A DNA stretch of 64,000 nt from Candidatus Aminicenantes bacterium (GCA_017999365.1 JAGNLW010000002.1:241348-305347), one strand, 5' to 3'. Numbered from the stretch's first letter, positions 44,154-55,394 are shown. Notes: generated from the letters alone by a model not told the origin. Translations and numbers: made by a program.

Positions 44154-44260
44154 ACTTCACAATCGTCTTATATCGTTGATATTAAACAATATATAAACAT
44201 TGTCGGATGGTCTGACGAAAAAAAGACGCCGCTTTTTGTCACTTTTGACACAAATTGTCG

Positions 44261-45676
<1,416 letters not shown>

Positions 45677-45680
45677 CGGT

Positions 45681-46964
45681 CTACCCCTGCGCCGCCGCCG
45701 GCCGGCGCCGCGGCAGCGTGATGACGACCTCGGTCCCCCGCTCCGGCCCCGATCGCAGGTCGATGCGGCCGTCGTAATCGTCGACGATCTTGCGGACGAT
45801 GGACAGGCCCAGCCCGCGGCCGTTGCCGAAGCCGGAATAGAAGGGCTCGAAGAGGTGCTCGCGGTCCTCCTCGGTCAGGCCCCGGCCCGTGTCGGCGACG
45901 ACGACGCGGACCTCCTTCCGGTTCGGCTGGAGGACGTCGAGGGTCAGGCGGCCGCCGTCGGGCATGGCCTTGAGCGCGTTCTTGATGAGGTTCCAGAAGA
46001 CCTGTTTGAACTGGCCGGCGTTGCCGACGAACGGGACGTCGGCCTCCCGGAAGTTGCCGCCGAGCTCGACACGGCCGTTGAGCTCGCCCCCGGCTTTAAG
46101 GACCTTGACCGTCTCGTCCATGAGGCGGCCGAGTTCGATGGGCGAGAAGACCTGCTTGGCCGGCAGGGCGAAATCGAGGAACTGCTCCAGGCTCTGGGAG
46201 ACCCGCTCCGATTCCTTGAGGACGATGCCCATGAGCTCCCCCTGCTCGGGGGTCAGGGCCAATTCCTTCTTCAGGACCTGGACGGAGCCGGAGATGGCGG
46301 CCAGAGGGTTGCGGATCTCGTGGGCCAGGCTGGCCGAGACGCGGCCGGCCTCGGCCAGGCGCTCGCGGACGAGGAGCTCCTTCTCGGCCGCCCGCAGGGC
46401 CTCGCGGGTCCGCCGCAGGCTGCCCGTGAGCCGGCTCATGAGGGCGGCGATGACGAAGAAGACGCCCCAGGCCACGAACATCTGGACCAGCATCGAGCCC
46501 AGGGGCGGCCGGACCGCGTGCTCGGGCCGGAAGCCGGGGATGAAGCCGAAATAGAGCCCGTCGGCCAGGACCCCGAAGAGGACGGCCGAGAGCGCGGCCG
46601 CCAGGTACCCGGCCCGCCCGGAGACGACCAGGCTCGCGGCGATGATCGGGAACAGGTACAGGAAGTACATCGACGAGCCCAGGCCGCCGGAGATGTAGAC
46701 GAAGGCGGTGATGAGCAGGAGGTCGAAGACGATCTGGAGGTAGGCCTGGGCGGCCAGACGCCGGCCGCCGGCGTAGAGAACGAAGAAGGCGGCCGCAAAA
46801 ACGTAGGCCCCGAGGATGAGGTAATAGAAGGGGAGGTTCGACGGCGCTTCGGGCGAGGACAGCTGGATGATGATGGCCGAGACGAGGAGCGAGGTCAGGA
46901 CGACGAGGCGGTAGACATTGTAGAAGAAGACGTGTCGCCGCTCGACCGTCACTTCCGGCTTCAT
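45681..46964 (-). CDS. pilS: Sensor histidine kinase (PilS-like)
   Basis: The N-terminal part is multi-TM. The H-box LAHEIRNPL and the G-box ADTGRGL are present. Confidence 0.8.
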   Translation of the reverse strand: MKPEVTVERRHVFFYNVYRLVVLTSLLVSAIIIQLSSPEAPSNLPFYYLILGAYVFAAAFFVLYAGGRRLAAQAYLQIVFDLLLITAFVYISGGLGSSMYFLYLFPIIAASLVVSGRAGYLAAALSAVLFGVLADGLYFGFIPGFRPEHAVRPPLGSMLVQMFVAWGVFFVIAALMSRLTGSLRRTREALRAAEKELLVRERLAEAGRVSASLAHEIRNPLAAISGSVQVLKKELALTPEQGELMGIVLKESERVSQSLEQFLDFALPAKQVFSPIELGRLMDETVKVLKAGGELNGRVELGGNFREADVPFVGNAGQFKQVFWNLIKNALKAMPDGGRLTLDVLQPNRKEVRVVVADTGRGLTEEDREHLFEPFYSGFGNGRGLGLSIVRKIVDDYDGRIDLRSGPERGTEVVITLPRRRPAAAQG

Positions 46965-46986
46965 CGTCCGCTCCCTTCCGCCCGCC

Positions 46987-48189
46987 TCAGAACTGCTGCA
47001 TCAGGCTGAAGATCGGCAGGTACATCGAGACGACCAGGCCGCCGACAAGACCGCCGATAAAGATGAGCATGATGGGCTCGAGGACCGACAGGAGGGCGGC
47101 CACGGCGGCGTCGACCTCCTCGTCGTAGAAGTTAGCCAGCTTGTTGAGCATCTCGTCGAGCGTGCCGGTGGCCTCGCCGACGTTGATCATCTGGAGCATC
47201 ATGGTCGGGAACTTGCCGGCCTGCTTGAAGGACTCGTTCAGGGTCTTGCCTTCGGAAACGAGCTTGCGGGCCTCGACGATCTCCTTCTCGATGACGACGT
47301 TGCCGGCCGTCGTCGAAGTGATCTTGAGGGCCTCGAGCATGGGCACGCCGCCCGAGATGAGGGTGGCCAGGGTGCGGGTGACGCGGGTCATGGCCACCTT
47401 GTGCATGAGCTTGCCGAACAGGGGCATCTTCAGAAGGAGTGTGTCGGTCTGCCAGCGGCCGGGCGTCGTGCTCCGGTAATACCGGAAGGCCAGGACGAGG
47501 GCCACCAGGCCGGCGAAGATGAGGAAGATGTATTTTTGGACGAATTCGCTCATGGCCACGACGGCCGCCGTGATCAAAGGCAACTCGGCCCCTAAGTCGC
47601 GGAAGATCGAGGCGAAGACAGGAATGACCTTCCAGAGCATGAAGATCGTCACCACGACGGCGAAGATCAGGATGCCCACCGGGTAGATCATGGCCTGCTT
47701 GATCTTGGAGCGCAGGCGGACGTTCTTCTCGATGAACTCCGACAGGCGCCGGAGCATGACGTCGAGGGAGCCCGACTGCTCGCCCGAGGCGATGAGGTTG
47801 CAGTACAGGTCGTCGAAGGCCTTGGGGTGCTTGCGCTTGGCCTGGTTCAGGGTCGAGCCGGCCTCGACGTCCTCTTTGACGGTCTTGATGACGTTCTTGA
47901 AGTAGGCGTTCTTCTGCTGCTCCTCGAGGATGCCCAGGCTCTGGATGAGGGGCAGCTCGGCGTCGATGAGGACGGACAGCTGGCGGCTGTAGACGGCCAG
48001 GTCCTTGAGCTTGACCTTCTCGCGCTTGAGGAACGGGATGGCGAACCCGCCCTTGGCCCCGCCGATGCTGAGGACCGTGATCTGGTCCTTCTGGAGCATC
48101 CGGCCGAGCTCCTCCTTGGACGCGGCGACGCGCTCGCCGCCGACCGTGTCCCCGTAGCGGTTCTTGCCCTTCCAAACGTACGTCGGCAT
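46987..48189 (-). CDS. pilC: Type IV pilus platform protein PilC (GspF family)
   Basis: A 400-aa protein with the duplicated GspF-type domain organisation and three hydrophobic segments. Confidence 0.92.
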   Translation of the reverse strand: MPTYVWKGKNRYGDTVGGERVAASKEELGRMLQKDQITVLSIGGAKGGFAIPFLKREKVKLKDLAVYSRQLSVLIDAELPLIQSLGILEEQQKNAYFKNVIKTVKEDVEAGSTLNQAKRKHPKAFDDLYCNLIASGEQSGSLDVMLRRLSEFIEKNVRLRSKIKQAMIYPVGILIFAVVVTIFMLWKVIPVFASIFRDLGAELPLITAAVVAMSEFVQKYIFLIFAGLVALVLAFRYYRSTTPGRWQTDTLLLKMPLFGKLMHKVAMTRVTRTLATLISGGVPMLEALKITSTTAGNVVIEKEIVEARKLVSEGKTLNESFKQAGKFPTMMLQMINVGEATGTLDEMLNKLANFYDEEVDAAVAALLSVLEPIMLIFIGGLVGGLVVSMYLPIFSLMQQF

Positions 48190-48216
48190 GGTTGACCTCG
48201 CTTTGCGGTGCGTTCC

Positions 48217-49332
48217 TTATTTGCGGTACGAGCCGGCCGAGGGGGCCGGCGCGATCTTGACGCCCTCGCGGCGCTGGACGATGTCGGTCAGCTCTTCCGG
48301 GAAGGAGGTCATGGCCATGATCGTGTCCAGCGAGACGAGCTTCCGGAAATACAGGTTGGCCAGGGACTGGTTGAAGGTCTGCATCCCGAACTTCTCCTGG
48401 CCCATCTGCATGGCCGAGTAGATCTGGTGGATCTTGTTCTCGCGGATGAGGTTGCGGATGGCCGGATTGGGGATGAGGATCTCCATGGCCAGGACCCGGC
48501 CCTTGCCGTCGGCCCGGGGCAGGAGGGCCTGGGTCATGACGGCCTCGAGGGACATCGACAGCATGATCCGGACCTGGGTCTGATACTGGCTGGGGAAGAT
48601 GTCGATGATGCGGCTGATGGACTCGACGGCCGAGTTCGTGTGCAGGGTCGAGAAGGTCAGGTGCCCGGTCTCGGCGACGCGCAGCGCGGCTTCGACCGTC
48701 TCGAAGTCGCGCATCTCGCCGACCAGGACGACGTCGGGGTCCTCGCGCAGGACCGAGCGCAGGGCGTTGCCGTAGGACATGGTGTCGGCGTAGAGCTCGC
48801 GCTGGTTGATGATGGCCTTGCGCGGCGTGAGGTAGTATTCGATGGGGTCCTCGATGGTGACGATGTGGACCGGGCGCTCGGCGTTGATGTGCTCGATCAT
48901 GCAGGCCAGGGTCGTCGACTTGCCGCAGCCCGTCGGGCCGGTGACGAGGATGAGGCCCCGGGGCAGGTAGCAGAGCTGCTGGATGCGCTGGGGGATGCCC
49001 AGCTGGGCGAAGCTCCACATGGACGGCAGGAAGCGCCGGAAGGCCCCGGCCACGGCGCCCTTCTGCATGAAGACGTTGGCCCGGAAGCGGCCCAGCTCCT
49101 TGACGCCGAAGGAGAAGTCGAGCTCAAGCTTCTCCTCGAACAGCCGCTTCTGCTTGTCGGTCATGATGCTGTAGATGATCTCCTTGGTCTCGGCCGGCGT
49201 CAGGGAGGGGTGGTCGAGGTCCTTGAGCACGCCGTGGACGCGGATGCGCGGCGGGATGTAGGTCGTGATGTGCAGGTCGCTGGCGTCGCCCTCGACGCAG
49301 GCCTTGAGCAGCTCGAATATCGGCTTGGCCAT
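48217..49332 (-). CDS. pilT: Twitching-motility retraction ATPase PilT
   Basis: Has Walker A (GPTGCGKSTT) and the PilT-type AIRNLIRE motif. Confidence 0.93.
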   Translation of the reverse strand: MAKPIFELLKACVEGDASDLHITTYIPPRIRVHGVLKDLDHPSLTPAETKEIIYSIMTDKQKRLFEEKLELDFSFGVKELGRFRANVFMQKGAVAGAFRRFLPSMWSFAQLGIPQRIQQLCYLPRGLILVTGPTGCGKSTTLACMIEHINAERPVHIVTIEDPIEYYLTPRKAIINQRELYADTMSYGNALRSVLREDPDVVLVGEMRDFETVEAALRVAETGHLTFSTLHTNSAVESISRIIDIFPSQYQTQVRIMLSMSLEAVMTQALLPRADGKGRVLAMEILIPNPAIRNLIRENKIHQIYSAMQMGQEKFGMQTFNQSLANLYFRKLVSLDTIMAMTSFPEELTDIVQRREGVKIAPAPSAGSYRK

Positions 49333-49360
49333 GAGAACCTCCGTTAGCGGGTTTCGGGGA

Positions 49361-51088
49361 TCATTCGTCGCGGATGGTCTCGCGCAGGACCTCTTCGACC
49401 GAGGTGACGCCGTTCTTGATCTTGATGAGGCCGCTGCGGCGGAGGGTCAGCATCCCCTTCTCGATGGCCTTCCGCTTGATCTCGCGCGACTGGGCCCGGG
49501 TCAGGATCATGGTCCGGATGTCGTCGTCGATCTTCATGACCTCGAACAGGGCCGTCCGGCCCTTGTAGCCGGTCTTGTTGCAGGCGTCGCAGCCGCCCGG
49601 CTTCATGGCCTGGAGCCCCTTGAGCTCGCTCTTCTGGTAGCCCATCTCGAGCAGCGCGGCCTCGGGCAGGGGGTGCGGCTGGGCGCACTTCTTGCAGAGC
49701 CGCCGGACGAGCCGCTGGGCGACGACAAGGATGAGGGAGTCGGCGATCAGGAAGGGCTCGATGTTCATGTTCTCCATGCGGGTGATGGAGCTGGCGGCGT
49801 CGTTGGTGTGGATGGTCGAGAAGACGAGGTGGCCGGTCAGGGCGGCCTTGATGGCGATGTCGACGGTCTCCTGGTCGCGCATCTCGCCGACGAGCATGAC
49901 GTCGGGGTCCTGGCGGAGGAAGCTCCGCAGGCAGGCGGCGAAGGTCAGGCCGATCTCTTCCTTGATCTGGACCTGGTTGATGTTGGGCACGTTGAACTCG
50001 ACCGGGTCCTCGGCGGTCATGATGTTCATGTCCGGCGAGTTGATGGTCGAGATGGCCGAGTAGAGCGTGTTGGTCTTGCCGCTGCCGGTCGGCCCGGTGA
50101 CCAGGACGATGCCCCAGGGCTTGCCGATGGCGTCCTGGAAGATGGCCAGGGACTCCTCCTCGAAGCCGAGCTGGGTCAGGTCGAGCTTGAGCATCTCCTT
50201 GTCGAGGATGCGGGCGACGATCTTCTCCCCCCACAGGGTCGGCAGGGAGGAGACGCGCATGTCGACCTCCTTCTTCTTGCCGTTGTCGAGGCGCAGGCGC
50301 ATCTTGATCCGGCCGTCCTGGGGCAGGCGCTTCTCGGCGATGTCCATGTTCGACAGGATCTTGACGCGGGAGATGACCGGGCTGCGGTACTTGAGGGGCA
50401 GGTTGACGATCTCGTAGAGGTCGCCGTCCATGCGGTAGCGGACGCGGAAGCTCGTCTCGTAGGGCTCGAAGTGGACGTCGCTGGCGCCCCGCTTGATGGC
50501 GTCGATGAAGGTCTGGTTGACCAGCTTGATGATGGGGGCCTCTTCGGCCTCGTTGTCCTCGTCGGTCAGGACGTCGCTGTCCTTGTCGTCCTCGATGATG
50601 TTGACCCGGCCGTCGTCGGCCAGGGCGATGTCCTCGATGATCTTCTTGACCCGGATGGCGTCGGCCGTGCCGTAGTACTTGTTGATGGCGTTGACGACGC
50701 CCGTCTCCGAGGCGATGACCGGCTGGATGGACAGGCCGGTGCGGAAGCGGACGTCCTCGATGATCTCGAGGTCGGTCGGGTCGACCATGGCCAGGGTCAG
50801 GAAGGAGCGGATGCGGTGGATCGGCATGACCAGGTACTTCTTGGCCACGTCGACCGGGATGAGGCTGATGACCTCGGAGTAGACGTCGAACTGGTCGAGG
50901 TCGATGTACGGGTAGCCGAGTTGCCGGCTGAGGGCCTGGGCGATGTCCTCCTCCGTCAGGTAGCCGAGTTGGACGAGCGAGGTGCCGATCGGCAGGCTGT
51001 TCTTCTTCTGGAAGTCCAGGGCGGACTTCAGCTGGTCGACGGAAAGGATCTTTTCCCTCAGGAGCAGTTCGCCCAGGTTGGATGCCAT
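49361..51088 (-). CDS. pilB: Type IV pilus assembly ATPase PilB (GspE family)
   Basis: Has an N-terminal GspE-N domain, Walker A (GPTGSGKTNT) and a tetracysteine motif (CKKC...CDAC). Confidence 0.93.
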   Translation of the reverse strand: MASNLGELLLREKILSVDQLKSALDFQKKNSLPIGTSLVQLGYLTEEDIAQALSRQLGYPYIDLDQFDVYSEVISLIPVDVAKKYLVMPIHRIRSFLTLAMVDPTDLEIIEDVRFRTGLSIQPVIASETGVVNAINKYYGTADAIRVKKIIEDIALADDGRVNIIEDDKDSDVLTDEDNEAEEAPIIKLVNQTFIDAIKRGASDVHFEPYETSFRVRYRMDGDLYEIVNLPLKYRSPVISRVKILSNMDIAEKRLPQDGRIKMRLRLDNGKKKEVDMRVSSLPTLWGEKIVARILDKEMLKLDLTQLGFEEESLAIFQDAIGKPWGIVLVTGPTGSGKTNTLYSAISTINSPDMNIMTAEDPVEFNVPNINQVQIKEEIGLTFAACLRSFLRQDPDVMLVGEMRDQETVDIAIKAALTGHLVFSTIHTNDAASSITRMENMNIEPFLIADSLILVVAQRLVRRLCKKCAQPHPLPEAALLEMGYQKSELKGLQAMKPGGCDACNKTGYKGRTALFEVMKIDDDIRTMILTRAQSREIKRKAIEKGMLTLRRSGLIKIKNGVTSVEEVLRETIRDE

Positions 51089-51101
51089 TTTTTATTCCGT
51101 C

Positions 51102-51130
51102 ATCTTAATATTTTGGACAATTCCTGTCAA
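51102..51130 (-). promoter_or_regulatory. Candidate pilB promoter P1 (TTGACA-N17-TAAGAT)
   Basis: On the minus strand the -35 is at 51130-51125 and the -10 at 51107-51102. Only 13 nt lie between the -10 and the ATG, and there is no Shine-Dalgarno. Confidence 0.35.
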
Positions 51131-51229
51131 TCCTAACCAGTACGGCGTTCCCTCCCCAAGATAAGACGCCCGGGGAGGCAATATTTCTCGCACGGCTCTC
51201 TGTAACAAAGTTAGGCTCCGATGCCACCT

Positions 51230-51257
51230 ATTCTACGTCAAAGACAATTTCCGTCAA
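51230..51257 (-). promoter_or_regulatory. Candidate pilB promoter P2 (TTGACG-N16-TAGAAT)
   Basis: On the minus strand the -35 is at 51257-51252 and the -10 at 51235-51230. It lies within a near-duplicate of the P1 module. Confidence 0.3.
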
Positions 51258-51450
51258 TCACCCGGGGTGAGCATTGCCTGGGTGAAATTACCAAAAATTG
51301 TCTCCTCGCGGGGGGTGAGGGCGGCCCTCTCTCCAGGCAGGGCCGCGGCGCCGGTAGCGCTTGCCCCCCTGGGCCGGGGGGTGAGGGCAGCCGACCGGGC
51401 CGGGGCGCAGGCGGCCGGAAAAAAATTTGTCGGCAGGGCGGGCCCGGGGC

Positions 51451-52011
51451 TCAGCGCCGGGCCCGGAACCGGAGGCGCTCGGCGTTGGCCTCGACGACGA
51501 TCTCCCGGAATCCGGCTCTCTCGAGCCGCCCGCCGAACGTCGCGGGGTCCAGCGGGACCAGGATATCTCCGATATGGATGAGCCGCATGCTGAAGCTGGC
51601 CAGGCTGTCGACGCCGGCGAACAGCCCGCCGGGCTTGAGGACCCGGGCGACCTCCCGCAGGACCCGGTCCTGCAGCCCGGGCGAAGGGACGTGGTGGAGC
51701 ATCGTCAAGGCCACCGCTCCCGAGAATCTCGCTTCGGGGAAAGGGAGCGCCAGGGCGTCCCCTTGGACGATCGTCACGCCGGCGCCAGCAAGCCTCGCCT
51801 TCAAGGACCTGACCAGGCGGGGATCGATCTCGACGGCGGTCAGCTTAGGGACGATCCGGCTCAGGAGCTCCGTCGTCAGGCCGGGACCGGGCCCGATCTC
51901 GAGAACGTCTTCGCCGAGGTCCACACCCGCCAGGGCGAAGGGCAGGATGCGGTCCTCGAGCTTCCTCCTCCACTTCTCCGACCGGCACAGCCGTCGATGG
52001 AAAAGGTTCAT
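51451..52011 (-). CDS. Class I SAM-dependent methyltransferase
   Basis: This is the tail of track ORF 51451..53256, starting at the ATG at 52011, which forms an ATGA overlap with the upstream stop. Contains VLEIGPGPG (motif I) and LKPGGLF. Confidence 0.8.
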   Translation of the reverse strand: MNLFHRRLCRSEKWRRKLEDRILPFALAGVDLGEDVLEIGPGPGLTTELLSRIVPKLTAVEIDPRLVRSLKARLAGAGVTIVQGDALALPFPEARFSGAVALTMLHHVPSPGLQDRVLREVARVLKPGGLFAGVDSLASFSMRLIHIGDILVPLDPATFGGRLERAGFREIVVEANAERLRFRARR

Positions 52012-53711
52012 CGGGACGGCCGGGGCCGCTCGTAGACGACCTGCCCTCCGACCATGGTCATCGTCACCCGGGCGTCCTTGATCTTCGCCGGTTCGATCGC
52101 GAACAGGTCCCGGTCGAGGACGACGAGGTCGGCCAGCTTGCCCTCGGCAACGGACCCTTTGACGTCTTCGGCGAACGCGGCGTAGGCGCCGTTCCAGGTG
52201 TAGCCCTTGATGGCCTCTTCCAGGGAGATCTTCTGTTCGGGATGCCAGCCCTGCGGGTTCTTGCCGTCGGTCGTCTGGCGCGTGACGGCGGCGTGGATGC
52301 CCGTGAGCGGGTCGAGCGGGGCCACCGGCCAATCGGAACCGAGGGCCAGGACGGCCCCGCCGTCCAGCAGGGACTTGAAGGCGTAGGTCGTCCGGCAGCG
52401 CTCGGCCCCGATCCGGGTCTCGACCCAGCGGCCGTCGTCGACGGCGTGGAACGGCTGGACCGAAGCGACGACCCCGAGCCGGCCGAACCGCCCGAGGTCC
52501 TCGTCGCGCAGGTGCTGGGCGTGCTCGATACGGAAGCGCTTGTCCCTGATCGGCCCGGCCGCGGCCAGGCGTTCGTAGATGTCCAGGATGAGCGCGTTGG
52601 CCTTGTCCCCGATGGCGTGGATAGAGGCCTGGAGGCCGGCCGCGACGGCCCGGCGGACGCGCGCCTCCATGATGCCCTCCGGGAGCATCTGGGGGGCCAG
52701 CAGGCCGCGGTTCCCGGCGTCGTCCGCGTAGGGCTCGTAGAAGTAAGCCGTGCTCGCCCCGACGCCGCCGTCGGCGAAAGCCTTCAGGCCGCCGATCGTC
52801 AGCCAATTGTTCCCGAAGGGGGTCTTCAGCCGGAGCTCTTCGAAGAGCTCCATCTTGTCGATGGGGATGTAGAAATAGATCCTCGTCTTCAGGAGGCCGT
52901 CCGCGAGGAGCTTCTGGTAGGTCTCGAAGCTTTGGTCGAAGATGGGGGCCTCGGCCATGTCGTTGACCGAGGTCACGCCGAATTCCGCGGCATGCCGGAG
53001 CGCGGCGGTCGCCGCGCGCGCCCGGGCGTTCAGGTTCGGCTCGGGCACGTGCTTCGTGACCAGAGCCAGCGCCGCGTCCCTGACGATCCCGGTCGGCTCT
53101 CCCGTCACGGGGTCCTTTTGGATCTCCCCGCCCTCGGGCGAGGGAGAGTCCCTGGTGATCCCGGCCAGTTTCAGAGCCAGGCTGTTGGCCAGGGCGATAT
53201 GAAGGTCGTAGCGGGTCACACAGACGGGATTGTCGGACGAGACGGCGTCGACCCACTCCTTACGGGGGAGCTCCGCCGGGGTGAACTGCTCGTGGTCCCA
53301 GTTGCCCTCGAGGATCCACTCCCCTTTCTCGAGCTCCCGGGCCTTGGCGGCCACCCTCGCGGTGAATTCCTCGCGGCCGGTCACGTCCCGGAGCTGGACG
53401 CTGGCCAGGGCCATGCCGCCCTTGAGGAAATGAGTGTGACTGTCGATGAATCCGGGCAGCACCAGGGCCCCGCCCAGGTCCACGACCTTGGTCTCCCGGC
53501 CGACGAGCGGCTTGATCTCCCGGCTCGTGCCGACGCGCGAGATCCTGTCGCCGTCGACCGCCACGGCCTCCGCCCAGGGACGGGACGGATCGACGGTCCA
53601 GATCTTGCCGTTCAAGAGGACCAGGTCAGCCATTTTCGCCTCGGATCGCGAGCAGTTCGCTCCTATTATAGCCACGATCAGGACCAGACAAACGGACTTG
53701 ATGACGTTCAT
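52008..53711 (-). CDS. Amidohydrolase-family metallohydrolase (YtcJ/amidohydrolase_3-like), lipoprotein
   Basis: Has a lipobox (IIGANCS) and the HxH motif in PGFIDSHTHF; 567 aa. Confidence 0.85.
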   Translation of the reverse strand: MNVIKSVCLVLIVAIIGANCSRSEAKMADLVLLNGKIWTVDPSRPWAEAVAVDGDRISRVGTSREIKPLVGRETKVVDLGGALVLPGFIDSHTHFLKGGMALASVQLRDVTGREEFTARVAAKARELEKGEWILEGNWDHEQFTPAELPRKEWVDAVSSDNPVCVTRYDLHIALANSLALKLAGITRDSPSPEGGEIQKDPVTGEPTGIVRDAALALVTKHVPEPNLNARARAATAALRHAAEFGVTSVNDMAEAPIFDQSFETYQKLLADGLLKTRIYFYIPIDKMELFEELRLKTPFGNNWLTIGGLKAFADGGVGASTAYFYEPYADDAGNRGLLAPQMLPEGIMEARVRRAVAAGLQASIHAIGDKANALILDIYERLAAAGPIRDKRFRIEHAQHLRDEDLGRFGRLGVVASVQPFHAVDDGRWVETRIGAERCRTTYAFKSLLDGGAVLALGSDWPVAPLDPLTGIHAAVTRQTTDGKNPQGWHPEQKISLEEAIKGYTWNGAYAAFAEDVKGSVAEGKLADLVVLDRDLFAIEPAKIKDARVTMTMVGGQVVYERPRPSR

Positions 53712-53714
53712 CCA

Positions 53715-54107
53715 TCATTTCTCCTCGGAGTTCCCTTGCTTATCATGAACCGCGGCCGCTTCGGCGTCCCGGTCGAAATGGGGCATGGCCCAGGGGATCT
53801 CGATGGTCATATCCAGGTAGCCGGCATATTGGCCGTCCCGGGACCAGGGGGTCTGGAAGACGAGCTTTCGCCGGCCGTCCTTCCGGATCGTGTAGACGTT
53901 CTGCTTGCGGCTCTCGAACAGCTCGGCCAGCCGCGTCCGGGCCGGTTCCGGGTGGCAGTCGAAGATCAGCGAGCCGATGAGCGCCCGACCGCCCCGGTCC
54001 GCGAACTGCCGGGCGGAGGCGTCGTTGAGGTCGACGATGATGCCGTCCTTGTCGCAGACGGTGATGGTGCCGGGGAATCCCTCGACCCAGGGGTGCGTCT
54101 CTTTCAT
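53715..54107 (-). CDS. PAS-domain protein
   Basis: A 130-aa protein with a PAS-fold-like pattern (ITVCDKDGIIVDLNDASARQF...). Confidence 0.55.
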   Translation of the reverse strand: MKETHPWVEGFPGTITVCDKDGIIVDLNDASARQFADRGGRALIGSLIFDCHPEPARTRLAELFESRKQNVYTIRKDGRRKLVFQTPWSRDGQYAGYLDMTIEIPWAMPHFDRDAEAAAVHDKQGNSEEK

Positions 54108-54136
54108 ATCTCTCTCCGTGTCCTTCGTCCTCGATC

Positions 54137-55378
54137 TCAGGCCCCGGGGCCCGCGACGACCCGGCCGCCGACGATGACCGCCCGGGCCCGCGCGGGCGTC
54201 AGGATCGGATCGCCGTCCCAGATCACGATATCGGCGTGTTTCCCTTTTTCGAGGGAGCCCAGGCGGTCGGCGACGCCGAAGATCTCCGCGGGAGCGACGG
54301 TCAGGGCCCGCAGCGCCGCTTCGGAGCTCAAACCGGACCGGACCGCGGCCTGGACCGCCGCGAGCAGGCCGCCGAGGTCCTGGATGCCTCCGGACTGGAA
54401 GGCGATCGGGACGCCGGCGGCCTGGAGCAGGGCGGCGTTATCGCGCCTCGCCCCGTCCGTCTCGACGGTCGTCCCTGCCCCGGTCCTCAGCCCCAGGATG
54501 ACGGGGACCTTCCGGGCGGCCAGCCGGTCCTTGATCCGCCAGGCCTGCGCGCCTCCGTCGATGACGATCCGGACATCGAATTCCCCGGCGATCCGGAGCG
54601 CGGTCAGCTGGTCGTCCATCCGGTTGGCGGCGATGACCAGGGGCAGCTCTCGTTTGAGCACCGGGACCAAGGCCTCGAGCTGTGGCTGAAGGGCCGGCTT
54701 CGGGGCCGTCCCGGGCCGGAGCTTGGAATCGAGATAATGGCGGGCGTCCGACAGAGTCTGCCTGAGGAGCGCCGCAGCGCCCATGCGCGTGGACGGGTAG
54801 ACCGTGCCTTCTTTCGAACGCGACCTCAGGACGTCGCCGAGGCTGCCGTGGACCGCGGCCGACGGCAGGACGGCCAAGACCCGCGGATCCCGTGCCCCCC
54901 CCAGCCGGACGAGCGCGCTCTGGCCGGACAGGAGGTTGCCTCTCGAGGGCCTCAGCAGGGCGGTCGTGATCCCATCCTTCAGGGCTTCGGGGATCAGCCG
55001 GCTGTCCGGGTTGAACGCGTCCAGGGCCCTCATCTGAGGGGTCACCGGCGCGGCCGGCTCGTCGTCGTCCCGTTCGACGGTCTCGAGCTCGGCAGTGCCC
55101 AGGTTCGTGCCGACGTCGATGAACCCGGGGCAGATGAAAGAGGCGGCGGCCTCGATGATCCGGGCGTCCGGCGGGATGGCCGCGTCTGGGCCGATGTCCT
55201 CGATCTTCCCGTCCCGGACGACGATGACGCCGTGATCGAGGATCCCCTGGGTCACCGTATGGATCCGGCCGCCGCGGATAACGATCGGCCCGTCGCCCGG
55301 CGCGGGCCGGCCGGCGAGGCCGAGGGATAGCGCCAGGGCCGCGACGCCGGCGGCCCCGATCATGATAGGGCTTCGCAT
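54137..55378 (-). CDS. Amidohydrolase-fold protein lacking the HxH metal motif
   Basis: Track ORF 54137..55426; I prefer the ATG at 55378 (MRSPIMIG..., a signal peptide). PGFIDVGTNLG occupies the place of PG.D.H.H. It is paralogous to the C-terminal half of the next gene. Confidence 0.82.
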   Translation of the reverse strand: MRSPIMIGAAGVAALALSLGLAGRPAPGDGPIVIRGGRIHTVTQGILDHGVIVVRDGKIEDIGPDAAIPPDARIIEAAASFICPGFIDVGTNLGTAELETVERDDDEPAAPVTPQMRALDAFNPDSRLIPEALKDGITTALLRPSRGNLLSGQSALVRLGGARDPRVLAVLPSAAVHGSLGDVLRSRSKEGTVYPSTRMGAAALLRQTLSDARHYLDSKLRPGTAPKPALQPQLEALVPVLKRELPLVIAANRMDDQLTALRIAGEFDVRIVIDGGAQAWRIKDRLAARKVPVILGLRTGAGTTVETDGARRDNAALLQAAGVPIAFQSGGIQDLGGLLAAVQAAVRSGLSSEAALRALTVAPAEIFGVADRLGSLEKGKHADIVIWDGDPILTPARARAVIVGGRVVAGPGA

Positions 55379-55394
55379 CTCGATGCTCCCGCCT

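Noticed and set aside
51263-51392. The G-rich motif GGGG(GG)TGAG recurs at about 51263, 51311 and 51374, and also near 381 and 13146.
   Set aside because: The excess over the composition expectation for a G-rich 10-mer is only modest. One copy is simply the arm of the dtd terminator hairpin and one lies in coding sequence. The evidence is not strong enough to call a repeat family.
51221-52081. A 286-aa plus-strand ORF spans the pilB upstream region and runs antisense to the methyltransferase.
   Set aside because: Its composition is Arg/Gly/Pro/Ser-rich with no motifs, and it overlaps a well-supported methyltransferase gene. The first part is intergenic promoter DNA.
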